Shown: positions 37,567-47,058, numbered from the stretch's first letter. The stretch is DNA of 51,712 nt from Chthoniobacteraceae bacterium (GCA_031409335.1 JANNWY010000111.1:1-51712), one strand, 5' to 3'. The notes: a model not told the origin generated them from the sequence alone. Translations and numbers: made by a program.

Positions 37567-37656
37567 TGACAAAAAGATGAAGACACCCACCACGCACCAC
37601 CGCGCTCCCAGCCCGCCCTCCACTCCCCATTTTTTTGTCATCAATTTTTTCGTCGT
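37551..37656. repeat. GACAGAAAAAT element copy 6 (variant GACAAAAAGAT; contains stop, ATG and signal-peptide core)
   Basis: ACGACAAAAAGATTGATGACAAAAAGATG (37551-37579) ... CATTTTTTTGTCATCAATTTTTTCGTCGT (37628-37656); 26/29 complementary. Confidence 0.88.
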
Positions 37657-40180
37657 CCTCTGCATCGCAACAACCACGGCACACTCCGCCTTGCCCCAGG
37701 TCGACCGCGTCGAAGCCCAGCCGCTGCTGCTGCTCACCCAGCGTCTCGCCGAAGCGTTGCAGTCGATGGGCGCTCCACTTTCCGCGGAACAAACGAAAGC
37801 CCTTGATGCGCTGAACGCCGAAACCGACGACGCAAAAATCACCGCCGACCTCCAGAGCGTGCTCGACCCGCTGTGCATGGCTGCGGTGGAAATCGGCGCG
37901 GATGGCGCGATGAATATCACGCCCGGTGCGGTGACGGAGGTGGAGGAAAATGGCTGGCGCACCGTGCTCGTAAAAGTGCTGAACCACGCGGGCGTGGCGG
38001 CACGCTTGCGTATCGAAAGCCCGAACGCGCGGCCCATTCCCCACGGCCCGCAGGATGACATCGTTAACCGCTGGCTGTCTCTCGCGCCGTGCGATGGACG
38101 CCCGATGGATGCAAACCTCAGCGGCCTCGGCCTCGAGTACCGCGCGGTGCAGATTTCCTCCACGCACGCGGGCGAACGCACGGCGCGCATCGAATTCAGC
38201 GCGGGGCTGCCGGGCGCGAAGGATTCGCCCGTCATCCGGCAGTGGCGCTTTGGCAAAGACGCGGACGGCTGGGGTGATTCGCACGACCTCACGATGGACG
38301 TGCGCGACCACGCGCTGCACCTTACCGCGACTGGAAACGACCCGTATCTCTCCGCGCCGGTCCAGGCACGCGGCGGGAAAATGGTGCTGCGCTTTTGGGG
38401 CAAGACGGACTCGTCGGACATCGGCCAGTTTTTCTGGTGGACGGACCAGCTCCCGCAGCCCGACGGCCAGCGGCAAAAAACTTTCCAGCTCAATGCCGGG
38501 CGCGAGCAGGAATACGCCATCGAGTTTCCCGTCGAGGGCGACCTGCGCGGGGTGCGGCTCGACCCATTGCAGGCAAAAGGTACGTTCCGCATTGATTGGG
38601 CGAGCCTCGAATACGCGCCCGGCGAGAGCGGCACATGGGCCGGTGCGAATGTGACCGTGCGCACGGTGCCGAGCACCGAGGTGAAATTTGCCGTCACCGA
38701 TGCCGACGGCACGGCCTGCATGGCGGCGTTTGAAATCCGCGATGCGCAAGGCCGCGTCTATCCCGCGCAACCGAAACGCCTCGCGCCCGACTTCTTTTTT
38801 CACCCGCAGATTTATCGCGAAACGGGCGAGAGCATCCGGCTGCCGCGCGGCCTCTACACGGTGAAATGTTCGCACGGCCCGGAGAGCATCGCGGAGACAA
38901 AAACAGTCACCGTCGGCGCGGAGCCCGTCACTTTCACCTACGCGGTGAAGCGCTGGCTCGACACCGCGAAACTCGGCTACTGGAGCGGCGACCACCACAT
39001 CCACGCCGCCGGTTGTCTGCACTACGAAAACCCCACGCAGGGCGTGCTTCCGCCGGACATGCTGCGGCACATCATGGGCGAGGATGTGAAAGTCGGCTGC
39101 TGTCTGACGTGGGGGCCGTGCTTCGATTTTCAAAAGCAATTTTTCACCGGCAAGCCCGACGACGTGAGCCGCTATCCGTATCTCCTGCGCTACGACATCG
39201 AAGTGAGCGGCTTCGGCTCCACGCAGTCCGGGCATCTCAATTTGCTGAAGCTCAAGCAGCAAATCCCGGACGGCGGAACTTCAAATAGGCACTGGCCCAC
39301 GCTCGGGATGAACACGCTGCGCTGGGCGAAAAAGCAGGGTGCAGTGACGGGGCCAGCGCACAGCGGCGCGGGCCTCACGCGCTTCGTGGGCCGCACGACG
39401 GGGACCGACGGGCCGCACCGTCTGCCGCATTTCGACGTGCCCGCCTTTGATGGCATCGGCGCGAATGAATTCATCATGCAAGTCACCCATGAAGTGCCCG
39501 GCCCCGACGGCAAACTGGAACCGGCGGTGGATTTCATTTCCACCATGAACACCTCGCGCGAGGCCGAGTGGAACATGTGGTATCAGGTGATGAACTGCGG
39601 CTTCCCCGTCGTCGCGAGCGGCGAGACGGATTTCCCGTGCATGAGCGGCGAGCGCGTCGGCATGGGCCGCGTGTATGTGAAACTCGACGGACGGCTCGAC
39701 TACGACCGCTGGGCCGAGGCACTGCGGCGCGGCGAGAGTTACGTGAGCGATGGCACCAGTCACCTGCTCGATTTCGCACGGAAAGCGGACGGCACTTTCG
39801 CCGTGAAAGCCGCCGCGCGGCTGCCTGGCGAGCCGGACGTGGAGGTGGAGTGGATTGTGAACGGCTACCCCGCCGCCGCGCAAAGAATGAAAGCCGACGG
39901 CACCCTGCGCGAACTCACTTTCGCCGCACCGAAACTGGGGCGCAGCAGTTGGGTCGCCGCACGCATTTTCCCCTCCGCGCACACGAATCCCGTGTGGGTG
40001 AAAGTGGACGGCAAGCCCGTGCGCGAGCGCGCCAGCGCCGAGTGGTGCCTGGCCTCGCTGGAGCAATGCTGGAAGTCCAAACAGCGCACTTACGCCCCAG
40101 CGGAAATGGAGCAGGCGAAAGCTGATTACGAACACGCCCGCGCCACCTACCGCCGCATCCTCGATGAAAGCTCTCGCTAG
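37577..40180 (+). CDS. CehA/McbA-family metallohydrolase, secreted, with an inserted CBM-like module
   Basis: KRLAPDFFFHPQIYR; GYWSGDHHIHAAGC; LTWGPCF; SGETDFPC; RVGMGRVYV; SAHTNPV. Confidence 0.88.
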   Translation: MKTPTTHHRAPSPPSTPHFFVINFFVVLCIATTTAHSALPQVDRVEAQPLLLLTQRLAEALQSMGAPLSAEQTKALDALNAETDDAKITADLQSVLDPLCMAAVEIGADGAMNITPGAVTEVEENGWRTVLVKVLNHAGVAARLRIESPNARPIPHGPQDDIVNRWLSLAPCDGRPMDANLSGLGLEYRAVQISSTHAGERTARIEFSAGLPGAKDSPVIRQWRFGKDADGWGDSHDLTMDVRDHALHLTATGNDPYLSAPVQARGGKMVLRFWGKTDSSDIGQFFWWTDQLPQPDGQRQKTFQLNAGREQEYAIEFPVEGDLRGVRLDPLQAKGTFRIDWASLEYAPGESGTWAGANVTVRTVPSTEVKFAVTDADGTACMAAFEIRDAQGRVYPAQPKRLAPDFFFHPQIYRETGESIRLPRGLYTVKCSHGPESIAETKTVTVGAEPVTFTYAVKRWLDTAKLGYWSGDHHIHAAGCLHYENPTQGVLPPDMLRHIMGEDVKVGCCLTWGPCFDFQKQFFTGKPDDVSRYPYLLRYDIEVSGFGSTQSGHLNLLKLKQQIPDGGTSNRHWPTLGMNTLRWAKKQGAVTGPAHSGAGLTRFVGRTTGTDGPHRLPHFDVPAFDGIGANEFIMQVTHEVPGPDGKLEPAVDFISTMNTSREAEWNMWYQVMNCGFPVVASGETDFPCMSGERVGMGRVYVKLDGRLDYDRWAEALRRGESYVSDGTSHLLDFARKADGTFAVKAAARLPGEPDVEVEWIVNGYPAAAQRMKADGTLRELTFAAPKLGRSSWVAARIFPSAHTNPVWVKVDGKPVRERASAEWCLASLEQCWKSKQRTYAPAEMEQAKADYEHARATYRRILDESSR

Positions 40181-41654
40181 GCTGCTGCTGGCGCTGGGCC
40201 TTGTCGCGAGCGCCTTCGGAGAGCCGCCGCCGAAGCTCGTTACCGTCACCATCTCCCCCGAGGCTCGCGTGAAAGCCGCCGCCGAAAACGGAGCGCGTGA
40301 ACTTCAAAAAGGCGAATGGCGAGAGTTTGAAATCGTCATCGAAAACACCGCCGGAATCACTGCGCCGCTCAGCGTGGAATGCCGACAAGCGATGACCAGC
40401 CCGAGGGATAATTCCCGCGACCGCTGGATGCAAATTGAACTCCGACCTGCTAGCCCGCTGACGGGCAAGCCGCAAGAATCCCGCACGCTCCGGCTATGGA
40501 GCCGCGACGCCGGAGTGCGCACCGCCGTGCTCAATTTCAACGCGGGCCAAGGCACGCAAGACCTCGGCTTCCGCAGCGATGTGACGCTGACTTTTCAATC
40601 AGCGCCGGACGCCGAGCCCACATCGCTCACGCCAGACTTCACAGCCGTCGTCGTCAAAGGCGGCGGACTGTGGCCGCAGATACAGTGTGCGCCGGATGGC
40701 ACGCTGCTCGCCCTCGGCTACAACGCCGCAGCGCACACGACTCTGCCGGGCGATGTAGATGCGTGGGCCAGCACCGACAGCGGGAAGACATGGAACCTAC
40801 GAGCAACCGCTGCCGCCCGACCGGCAAAGACCGCCAACTATTGCCACTGGGCCTCCGGCCTTTCAGCCAAGGGGGACGTGCTCGTGGTGGCCAGCGGCAT
40901 GGACGATGCGGCGAATGAAGAGGGCCGCCGCGCTCCGAATGATGTGCGGGTTTTCCGCTCGGCGGACTTCGGCAAGACTTGGACGAAGAGCGGCACTTTT
41001 CCCGCACGGGTCGGCAGCGGGCTGAAGCCGTATCCCTTCGGTAGCATCGTGCACGGCGCGGATGGCAGCCTGCGGACGGTGGTTTATTCTGCGGATGAAA
41101 AGCACGCCAGCGCTGAAGCCGCGTGGCTGATAGCGAGCCGCGACGAGGGCCGCTCGTGGCAGGCAAGCGGAAAGATTGCTGACGGCATCAACGAAACCGT
41201 GCTGCTCCCGCTGGCAGGAAGAGGCTGGCTCTGCGTCGCCCGCACCTCGAACCGTCCCGCGCCGGAGCATGGTCAGGAACTCCGCCAGTTTCGCTCCGCC
41301 GACGATGGCAAAACGTGGGCCGACGAGGGTATCATCGCCGGTTACCACATGCACCCGCCGCACCTGCTTCGGTTGAAAGACGGACGCATCCTGCTCACCT
41401 ACGGAAACCGCCGCGATGGAGGCATCGAGACGCGCCTCAGCAGCGACGATGGTAAAACGTGGGCATCGGCGCAGCGCCTTTTCACCACTGGCCCCGGCGA
41501 CATGGGCTACCCCAGCACCGCGCAACTCCCCGACGGCAAACTCGTCACCGTTTTCTACACGCAAAAATCCCCGCTGCACGACGGCTACCACATGGGCGCG
41601 GTCGGGTGGATGGCTACGGAAACGACAAAACAAAGAACCTCACCTCAGCCATGA
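40164..41654 (+). CDS. BNR/Asp-box exo-alpha-sialidase-like protein with an extra N-terminal domain
   Basis: Asp-boxes STDSGKTW, SADFGKTW, SRDEGRSW, SADDGKTW and SSDDGKTW; DMGYPSTAQLPDG. Confidence 0.88.
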   Translation: MKALARLLLALGLVASAFGEPPPKLVTVTISPEARVKAAAENGARELQKGEWREFEIVIENTAGITAPLSVECRQAMTSPRDNSRDRWMQIELRPASPLTGKPQESRTLRLWSRDAGVRTAVLNFNAGQGTQDLGFRSDVTLTFQSAPDAEPTSLTPDFTAVVVKGGGLWPQIQCAPDGTLLALGYNAAAHTTLPGDVDAWASTDSGKTWNLRATAAARPAKTANYCHWASGLSAKGDVLVVASGMDDAANEEGRRAPNDVRVFRSADFGKTWTKSGTFPARVGSGLKPYPFGSIVHGADGSLRTVVYSADEKHASAEAAWLIASRDEGRSWQASGKIADGINETVLLPLAGRGWLCVARTSNRPAPEHGQELRQFRSADDGKTWADEGIIAGYHMHPPHLLRLKDGRILLTYGNRRDGGIETRLSSDDGKTWASAQRLFTTGPGDMGYPSTAQLPDGKLVTVFYTQKSPLHDGYHMGAVGWMATETTKQRTSPQP

Positions 41655-44600
41655 AGAAACTCACTGCACTTTTCCTGTTCGCTTTCGTCGCGATGGCCGC
41701 TGGCATCGAGCCTGCAGTGCCCGGCTACACGCCCGCGCTACGGCTGGACGCGAAGGATGCGGGCATCATCCTGCGTCATGGCGATGGGCCGAATCAGTGC
41801 GACATCAATGGTGCCCGTGAGCCGACGCTTATTGAGGATGGCGGAAAGTATTACCTCTTTTACGACGGTGGTGGACCAAAGGGCTGGCTCGCTTGTTTGG
41901 CGACGAGCACGGACCTGAAGACATGGACGAAGCACGGCGCAGTGCTTGATTTCGGTAAGCCCGGCGAGCCGGATGCCGGTTCGGCGCTCAGCCCGTGGTT
42001 CGTGAAGGAAGGCGATACTTGGCACATGTATTATGTCACCGCAGAGGGCACAGCCGGGCCTCCGGGCTTCGTCGCGGCCGGGCCTTACAACTCAGGACAC
42101 GCGAGCAGCAGATCGCTCTTGGGCCCGTGGGTGAAAACGAAGGGCTACATCCCGGTGAAACCGAAGCCGTCCGCCGCAGGCTACCCTCAGTCGATGGCGT
42201 ATCCCGGCCACATCGTGAAGAAGCCGGACGGCGAATTCCTGATGTTCTTCGGCTCGCCCGGAGCCATCGGCATCGCTCGGACTCGCGACTTGCTCGGTGA
42301 CTGGAAGCCGGATGCCGCCCCGCTGTTCGACAAGCATTTCGATTTGGAAAATTCCTCGCTCTATTTCGAGCCGGAAAACCAGACGTGGTTCCTGTTCGTC
42401 AATCACATCAAGGCCACGCCGCCGATGTTCACCGATGCCATTTGGGTCTTCTGGACGAAAGACCTCGAACGCTGGTCTTCGGCGAATCGCGCCATCGCCC
42501 TCGATGGCGTGAACTGCACATGGAGCAAACGCTGCATCGGCATGGCGACGGTGACGAAAGTCGGCAACCGCCTCGCGATGGTTTATGACGCTGCGGGAGG
42601 CGAAAGCATTGACCACCTTGGCCGCGACATCGGCCTTGCGTGGTATGACCTGCCGCTCGTGCCGCCCGTGGGAGGAGTGACCAAAGGATCGAGCTACTCC
42701 GCGGCGGTGCTGCGCCAGACCGAGCCAGCACTGTATTGGGGACTGAACGAGACCAGCGGATTCGCGCAGGACTTGGCGGTCACGCTGGGCGGCCCCAACG
42801 ACGGCGAATATGATAAAGTGAAGCTTGGTGGTCCTGGGTTGCGGCTGTCCGATGGTTTTTCAAAAATGGAACCGCAGGGCGTGGCACCAATTTTTAATCG
42901 CAACGGCGCGGTAACATACGGCTCGTTAAGGAGGACGGCTGGCGTTTCTACCGACAGATACAGTGTCCAAGGCTGGTTCCGGTCAACGGTGCCGTTCGGT
43001 GCCAATGCGGTGCATAATTTGTTCGGGCGAGGGAATAGCATGGAGGAAGCCCGTGACATGGTGGGCGTCGGCGGTTCGTGGAATATGAGTCCACTGGGAA
43101 AGTTGTATTTTTTCGAGCCGGTAACGGGGGCAGTCGTTGCGGGCACGACGATGCTCCGCCCTGATAAGTGGTATCACGTCGTCTTGGTTCGCGACGCCGA
43201 CAAGGTGTGCGTCTTTCTGAATGGCCAAATGGAGATCGATGCCCAGGCGCTTGGCTGGCCGGGAGGCGACGGTGAGCAACTGGCCATCGGCAACCGGACG
43301 GACTATGCGACAAAGCAGACTACCTATGGGTTGACTGGTTTGGTGGCGGAGGTAGGCGTCTGGAATCGCCCGCTGAAAGCTGATGAAGTCAGCGAGCTTT
43401 ATGCGCTGGCCGGCCCGGTTCCGCCGCCGCCGGCCTTTGCCTTGTTCGCTGATGCCGCGACTCCTCAACCGTGCTTTTTGGCGCAAGCCGGGCAGGCCAG
43501 AGCGTTGATCGTGGTGGGACGGGAAAGCGCCCCGTTTTACCGCTGGGTGGCTGGCGAAATACAGCGATATTTACGGGATTTGACCGGGGCGGAATTGCCC
43601 ATCGTGAGCAGCGACGCGATTCCCGCCGGGCAGCCAATCCTGGTTATTGGTGGACCAAAGGCAAATCCTCTGAGCGCATCAATCGAGCAGAAAAACATCG
43701 CCGATTTTGCCGGGCTGAAGCCGGAGGGCTTCATCGTTCAGACTGTTGATGTGGAAGGTCGCCCAGCCGTAGTGATCGGCGGCAACGACGAGACTGCGAC
43801 GATGTATGCCGCCTACGAGTTCTTGGAGCGGCTGGGCCTGGCGTTTCAAATCACCGGCGACATCCTCCCACAGCGCCGCGCGGAACTAAAACTGCCCGTT
43901 GCAAGTGTGCGGATGGAACCGGCCTTGAAGAATCGCGGACTGCACATGCGGCACTTTGTCATGCCCTGGATGGGGCTCGACGACTTTCGTCGAATGATCG
44001 ACCAGATGGCCAAGCTCAAGTTCAACTACCTGGAGTTTTATTGGTATGTGGGCGGGCCGTGGATCGAGCACTCCCACCAAGGCGAAGAAGGGCAGATCGA
44101 TGCCACATATACCAAGGACTCGGGCTATCTCACGTGGAACCTGACGGCGGGCTCCCACACGACAAAGGATGTGAAGATCGGACGAGAGCTATTCAAACAA
44201 GAACGCGTTTGCGCACCGGAATTCGCCAAAGTCCAGAACCAGAAGGAAGCCCAGCAGGTGGCTCGCAAGTGGCTCAAAGAGGCCATCGCTTATGCCCACC
44301 AGCGGAAGATAAAAATCTGGTTGGGCCAGGGAGATTGTCCCACGGTGTTGCCGAACTTGGGGAAGCACAGCCCACTGGCAAATGGCGATTGGGGTGGTGG
44401 CGCGTTGCATATGCCACCGGGAGATTCCGTGGGCGTTGAGATATGGGAGGCGATGATCCACTCGATGATTGAAACCTACCCCGAAGCCGACGGCTACTGG
44501 GTTTGGCTCGCCGAAGCGGGTGTCGCCGGCATGAATGACCCGGCCTCGCAAAAGGTAATCAGCCAATACGAGGTGAACGGCAAACGCCCGCACACTGATT

Positions 44601-45703
44601 CCGACCTCGCCCTGGTTCACTACGGCAAGGAACTCATCCAGCGGCTCAAGGCGCGCCATCCCCAGGCCAAGTTGGGGCTGGCGATGTTAAGCCGCAGTTT
44701 CCTTTTCCCGACTCTGGATAAGTTGGTGTCCAAGGATGTGCCTTTTGCGAGCATGGAAACGGGAGCTTGCTTTTACTACAAACCTCGCCCTGTGCCGATG
44801 GAGCAATTCGGCGGTCTGACCCAGCGGGAAACGTATCTCGTCCCCCGGTTGGACGAGGACGTGAACGAATTGGCGATGCAGTTCAACGTGGGTCTCTACG
44901 AGTTTGATGGCGTGCTGACGGGCAGCGTCCAGCACAAGGTATCCGGCATAGCTCCCCAAGTGGGCAAACTCCGCGGGCTCGAACAGAACGCCCGCTATAT
45001 CGCTGACGGATGCTGGAATCCACGGCTCACCACCGCCGAGTTCTACGAAGCCTACCTTCGGCGGCTTTTCGGCGCGGATGCCCTGGCCGATATGCTCAAA
45101 GCCTACCAAATTCTCCAGGAAAACGAACGGGCCACGGCTTGGCAGGGATTCGCCAATTTCTACAACTACAATGGCCCGGTCTTTATTGATTTGAAGCCAC
45201 TCGCTGCGAACCCCTTCAAGCAGGCTGCCCCCCGCCGCGCTCCCAGTATTGGCTGGGGAATCAACAGGGATGGCTATGCCGACACCATTCCCCGCCTGGA
45301 AGCTGCACTGCGCCTCCTGAAGAAAGCCCGTCCCAAAGTGCTGCCAGGTGCCCTGCCTGAGCTGGACTATGTCATCTTCAAGACCGAGAGTTACATCCTG
45401 CACCTGAAGACGCTCTGCGCATGGCTGGATTGCTTCGTCTCTCACGACAGGGTAGTCGAGGCAAAGAATTGGCAAGACAAGACGGAAGTTAGGGAGCGTC
45501 TCGACCAATGCCGGGCAACGTTCCTCAAAGCGCGCGACCTGACGCGGAAAAGTGCAGGGCTTATGGCCGCCAAGGCGAAGGACGGGGACGAGAAATATAT
45601 CCTCTTTCGTTACAACTTCGGTCTCGTGACCCCCATCGAACAGCTTTGTGATGCGATGGTGAAATGGTCTGTTCCCAAAAATATCGAGCCATCATCCAAA
45701 TGA
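41651..45703 (+). CDS. Multi-domain secreted glycoside hydrolase: 5-bladed beta-propeller (GH32/43/130-like) + LamG + GH20/GH67-type N-domain + putative TIM barrel
   Basis: REPTLIEDGGKYYLFYDG, LATSTDLKTWTKHG; WYHVVLVRD..VFLNG, VGVWNRPL (LamG); LKPEGFIV..IGGND..TMYAAYEFLERLG; IDQMAKLKFNY. Confidence 0.85.
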   Translation: MKKLTALFLFAFVAMAAGIEPAVPGYTPALRLDAKDAGIILRHGDGPNQCDINGAREPTLIEDGGKYYLFYDGGGPKGWLACLATSTDLKTWTKHGAVLDFGKPGEPDAGSALSPWFVKEGDTWHMYYVTAEGTAGPPGFVAAGPYNSGHASSRSLLGPWVKTKGYIPVKPKPSAAGYPQSMAYPGHIVKKPDGEFLMFFGSPGAIGIARTRDLLGDWKPDAAPLFDKHFDLENSSLYFEPENQTWFLFVNHIKATPPMFTDAIWVFWTKDLERWSSANRAIALDGVNCTWSKRCIGMATVTKVGNRLAMVYDAAGGESIDHLGRDIGLAWYDLPLVPPVGGVTKGSSYSAAVLRQTEPALYWGLNETSGFAQDLAVTLGGPNDGEYDKVKLGGPGLRLSDGFSKMEPQGVAPIFNRNGAVTYGSLRRTAGVSTDRYSVQGWFRSTVPFGANAVHNLFGRGNSMEEARDMVGVGGSWNMSPLGKLYFFEPVTGAVVAGTTMLRPDKWYHVVLVRDADKVCVFLNGQMEIDAQALGWPGGDGEQLAIGNRTDYATKQTTYGLTGLVAEVGVWNRPLKADEVSELYALAGPVPPPPAFALFADAATPQPCFLAQAGQARALIVVGRESAPFYRWVAGEIQRYLRDLTGAELPIVSSDAIPAGQPILVIGGPKANPLSASIEQKNIADFAGLKPEGFIVQTVDVEGRPAVVIGGNDETATMYAAYEFLERLGLAFQITGDILPQRRAELKLPVASVRMEPALKNRGLHMRHFVMPWMGLDDFRRMIDQMAKLKFNYLEFYWYVGGPWIEHSHQGEEGQIDATYTKDSGYLTWNLTAGSHTTKDVKIGRELFKQERVCAPEFAKVQNQKEAQQVARKWLKEAIAYAHQRKIKIWLGQGDCPTVLPNLGKHSPLANGDWGGGALHMPPGDSVGVEIWEAMIHSMIETYPEADGYWVWLAEAGVAGMNDPASQKVISQYEVNGKRPHTDSDLALVHYGKELIQRLKARHPQAKLGLAMLSRSFLFPTLDKLVSKDVPFASMETGACFYYKPRPVPMEQFGGLTQRETYLVPRLDEDVNELAMQFNVGLYEFDGVLTGSVQHKVSGIAPQVGKLRGLEQNARYIADGCWNPRLTTAEFYEAYLRRLFGADALADMLKAYQILQENERATAWQGFANFYNYNGPVFIDLKPLAANPFKQAAPRRAPSIGWGINRDGYADTIPRLEAALRLLKKARPKVLPGALPELDYVIFKTESYILHLKTLCAWLDCFVSHDRVVEAKNWQDKTEVRERLDQCRATFLKARDLTRKSAGLMAAKAKDGDEKYILFRYNFGLVTPIEQLCDAMVKWSVPKNIEPSSK

Positions 45704-47058
45704 ACTATTTCATAAAACGCGTCTTCCCACTCGCCGCCAGCCTCCTCGTGTCATTCCTATCTGCGCCCGCAGCGGAGAAACCTGCTGCGCCCGCAACGGT
45801 GCGCGACCGTCTGTGGGTCTGGTCGCATGACGCGAGCTTCGACTGGCCCGCTCACGAGGCTGGAGAGACGCCGGGCAAGAACCGCATGACGCCGGTGGAG
45901 GGCGCGGTGTTCCGCGGAGTGCCCAATGTGATGTTCATTCAGTATCAGGGCATCCCGGCGGCTCCGTTCGAGCAATACTACACGCCTTTCAAGGCGATGA
46001 AGCAGGTGTATTGGACCCTCTCGAACAACGGCAATCAGGTGCATCAACTCGGCAAGGAACAGGATCACGTTTTCCAACTCGCGGCGGCCCGTCCGAACAT
46101 CACCGGCTTGCTATTGGATGATTTTCTCATCGGGCCAATCAACCCAAAGGATGACTCGCATTGGCTTGCGGAAAACAGCATCGCCTTTCCCGTCAGCCTC
46201 ACTCTCCAATGGCCGCAGGCGGTCGAGGCGGATGCCTTGCAGCTCCCGCAGTCCGACTGGCCCGATGGCGGTTACTTGACGGGGAAATTTGCCGTGGATG
46301 TCTCGAACGACGGCGCGCAGTGGAAAGAAGTCATCGCCGATGAAATGCCGGATGAGGCTGGTGCCGCCAAGAAGCTGAGTTTCCCGGTGCAGTCGCTGAG
46401 ATTCCTGCGAGTCCGCGTCCTGTCGTCGCTGGATGAGCCAGTCGCGATGAGTGCGAGGAGTTGCGGACTGAAAGGAGTGACCCTCATGCACAAGGGGCAA
46501 CCCATCGCCCTCACCGGCGCGCAGTTCCAAGCCAGCAGCGAATACCCCGGTCACGAAGCTGGGAGACTCGCATCGTTCAATCCGGCCACGGCTGGTCAGG
46601 CGAAGGTGTTTTCATCGCAAGTGAGCCCGCACGACTTGGCGGAGGCAAAGCGGCGGATGCAGGATGTGGGCGGGCGAAAGCTGGACCTCGCCGTGGTGGT
46701 CTATAGCAACCAGCTCGACGAGGGCATCGTGCCCATTTTGAAGGACGTGGATGTGGTGCTGTTCTGGACATGGAAATCGAGCGACCTGCGCCATCTCGAA
46801 CGCAATCTCCGGCGGCTCAAGCAACTCGTGCCCGGCAAGCGGGTGATTCTCGGCTGCTACCTGTGGGATTTTTCCAACGCGCAACTCATGCCGCTGGAGC
46901 TGATGCAGAAACAAAGCGAGCTGGGCCTCGCATGGCTGAAGGCGGGTGAAATCGAGGGGATGATTTTCCTAGGCAGCAACATCATGGACAAAAACCTCAA
47001 GTCCGTGGCGTGGACGCGGGAGTGGATTGCGAAGGTCGGAAAGGAGGCGCTGCAATGA
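45700..47058 (+). CDS. Secreted hypothetical protein (probable TIM barrel) with an inserted discoidin/F5-8-like domain
   Basis: Signal peptide; TVRDRLWVWSH; GLLLDDF; VDVSNDGAQWKEV...RFLRVRV; LGCYLWDF. Confidence 0.8.
   Translation: MNYFIKRVFPLAASLLVSFLSAPAAEKPAAPATVRDRLWVWSHDASFDWPAHEAGETPGKNRMTPVEGAVFRGVPNVMFIQYQGIPAAPFEQYYTPFKAMKQVYWTLSNNGNQVHQLGKEQDHVFQLAAARPNITGLLLDDFLIGPINPKDDSHWLAENSIAFPVSLTLQWPQAVEADALQLPQSDWPDGGYLTGKFAVDVSNDGAQWKEVIADEMPDEAGAAKKLSFPVQSLRFLRVRVLSSLDEPVAMSARSCGLKGVTLMHKGQPIALTGAQFQASSEYPGHEAGRLASFNPATAGQAKVFSSQVSPHDLAEAKRRMQDVGGRKLDLAVVVYSNQLDEGIVPILKDVDVVLFWTWKSSDLRHLERNLRRLKQLVPGKRVILGCYLWDFSNAQLMPLELMQKQSELGLAWLKAGEIEGMIFLGSNIMDKNLKSVAWTREWIAKVGKEALQ

Noticed and set aside
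8183..37656. GACAGAAAAAT repeats as a CRISPR array or IS ends
   Set aside because: Dispersed inverted pairs rather than a tandem repeat-spacer array. No cas or transposase gene and no consistent target-site duplication seen in the window.
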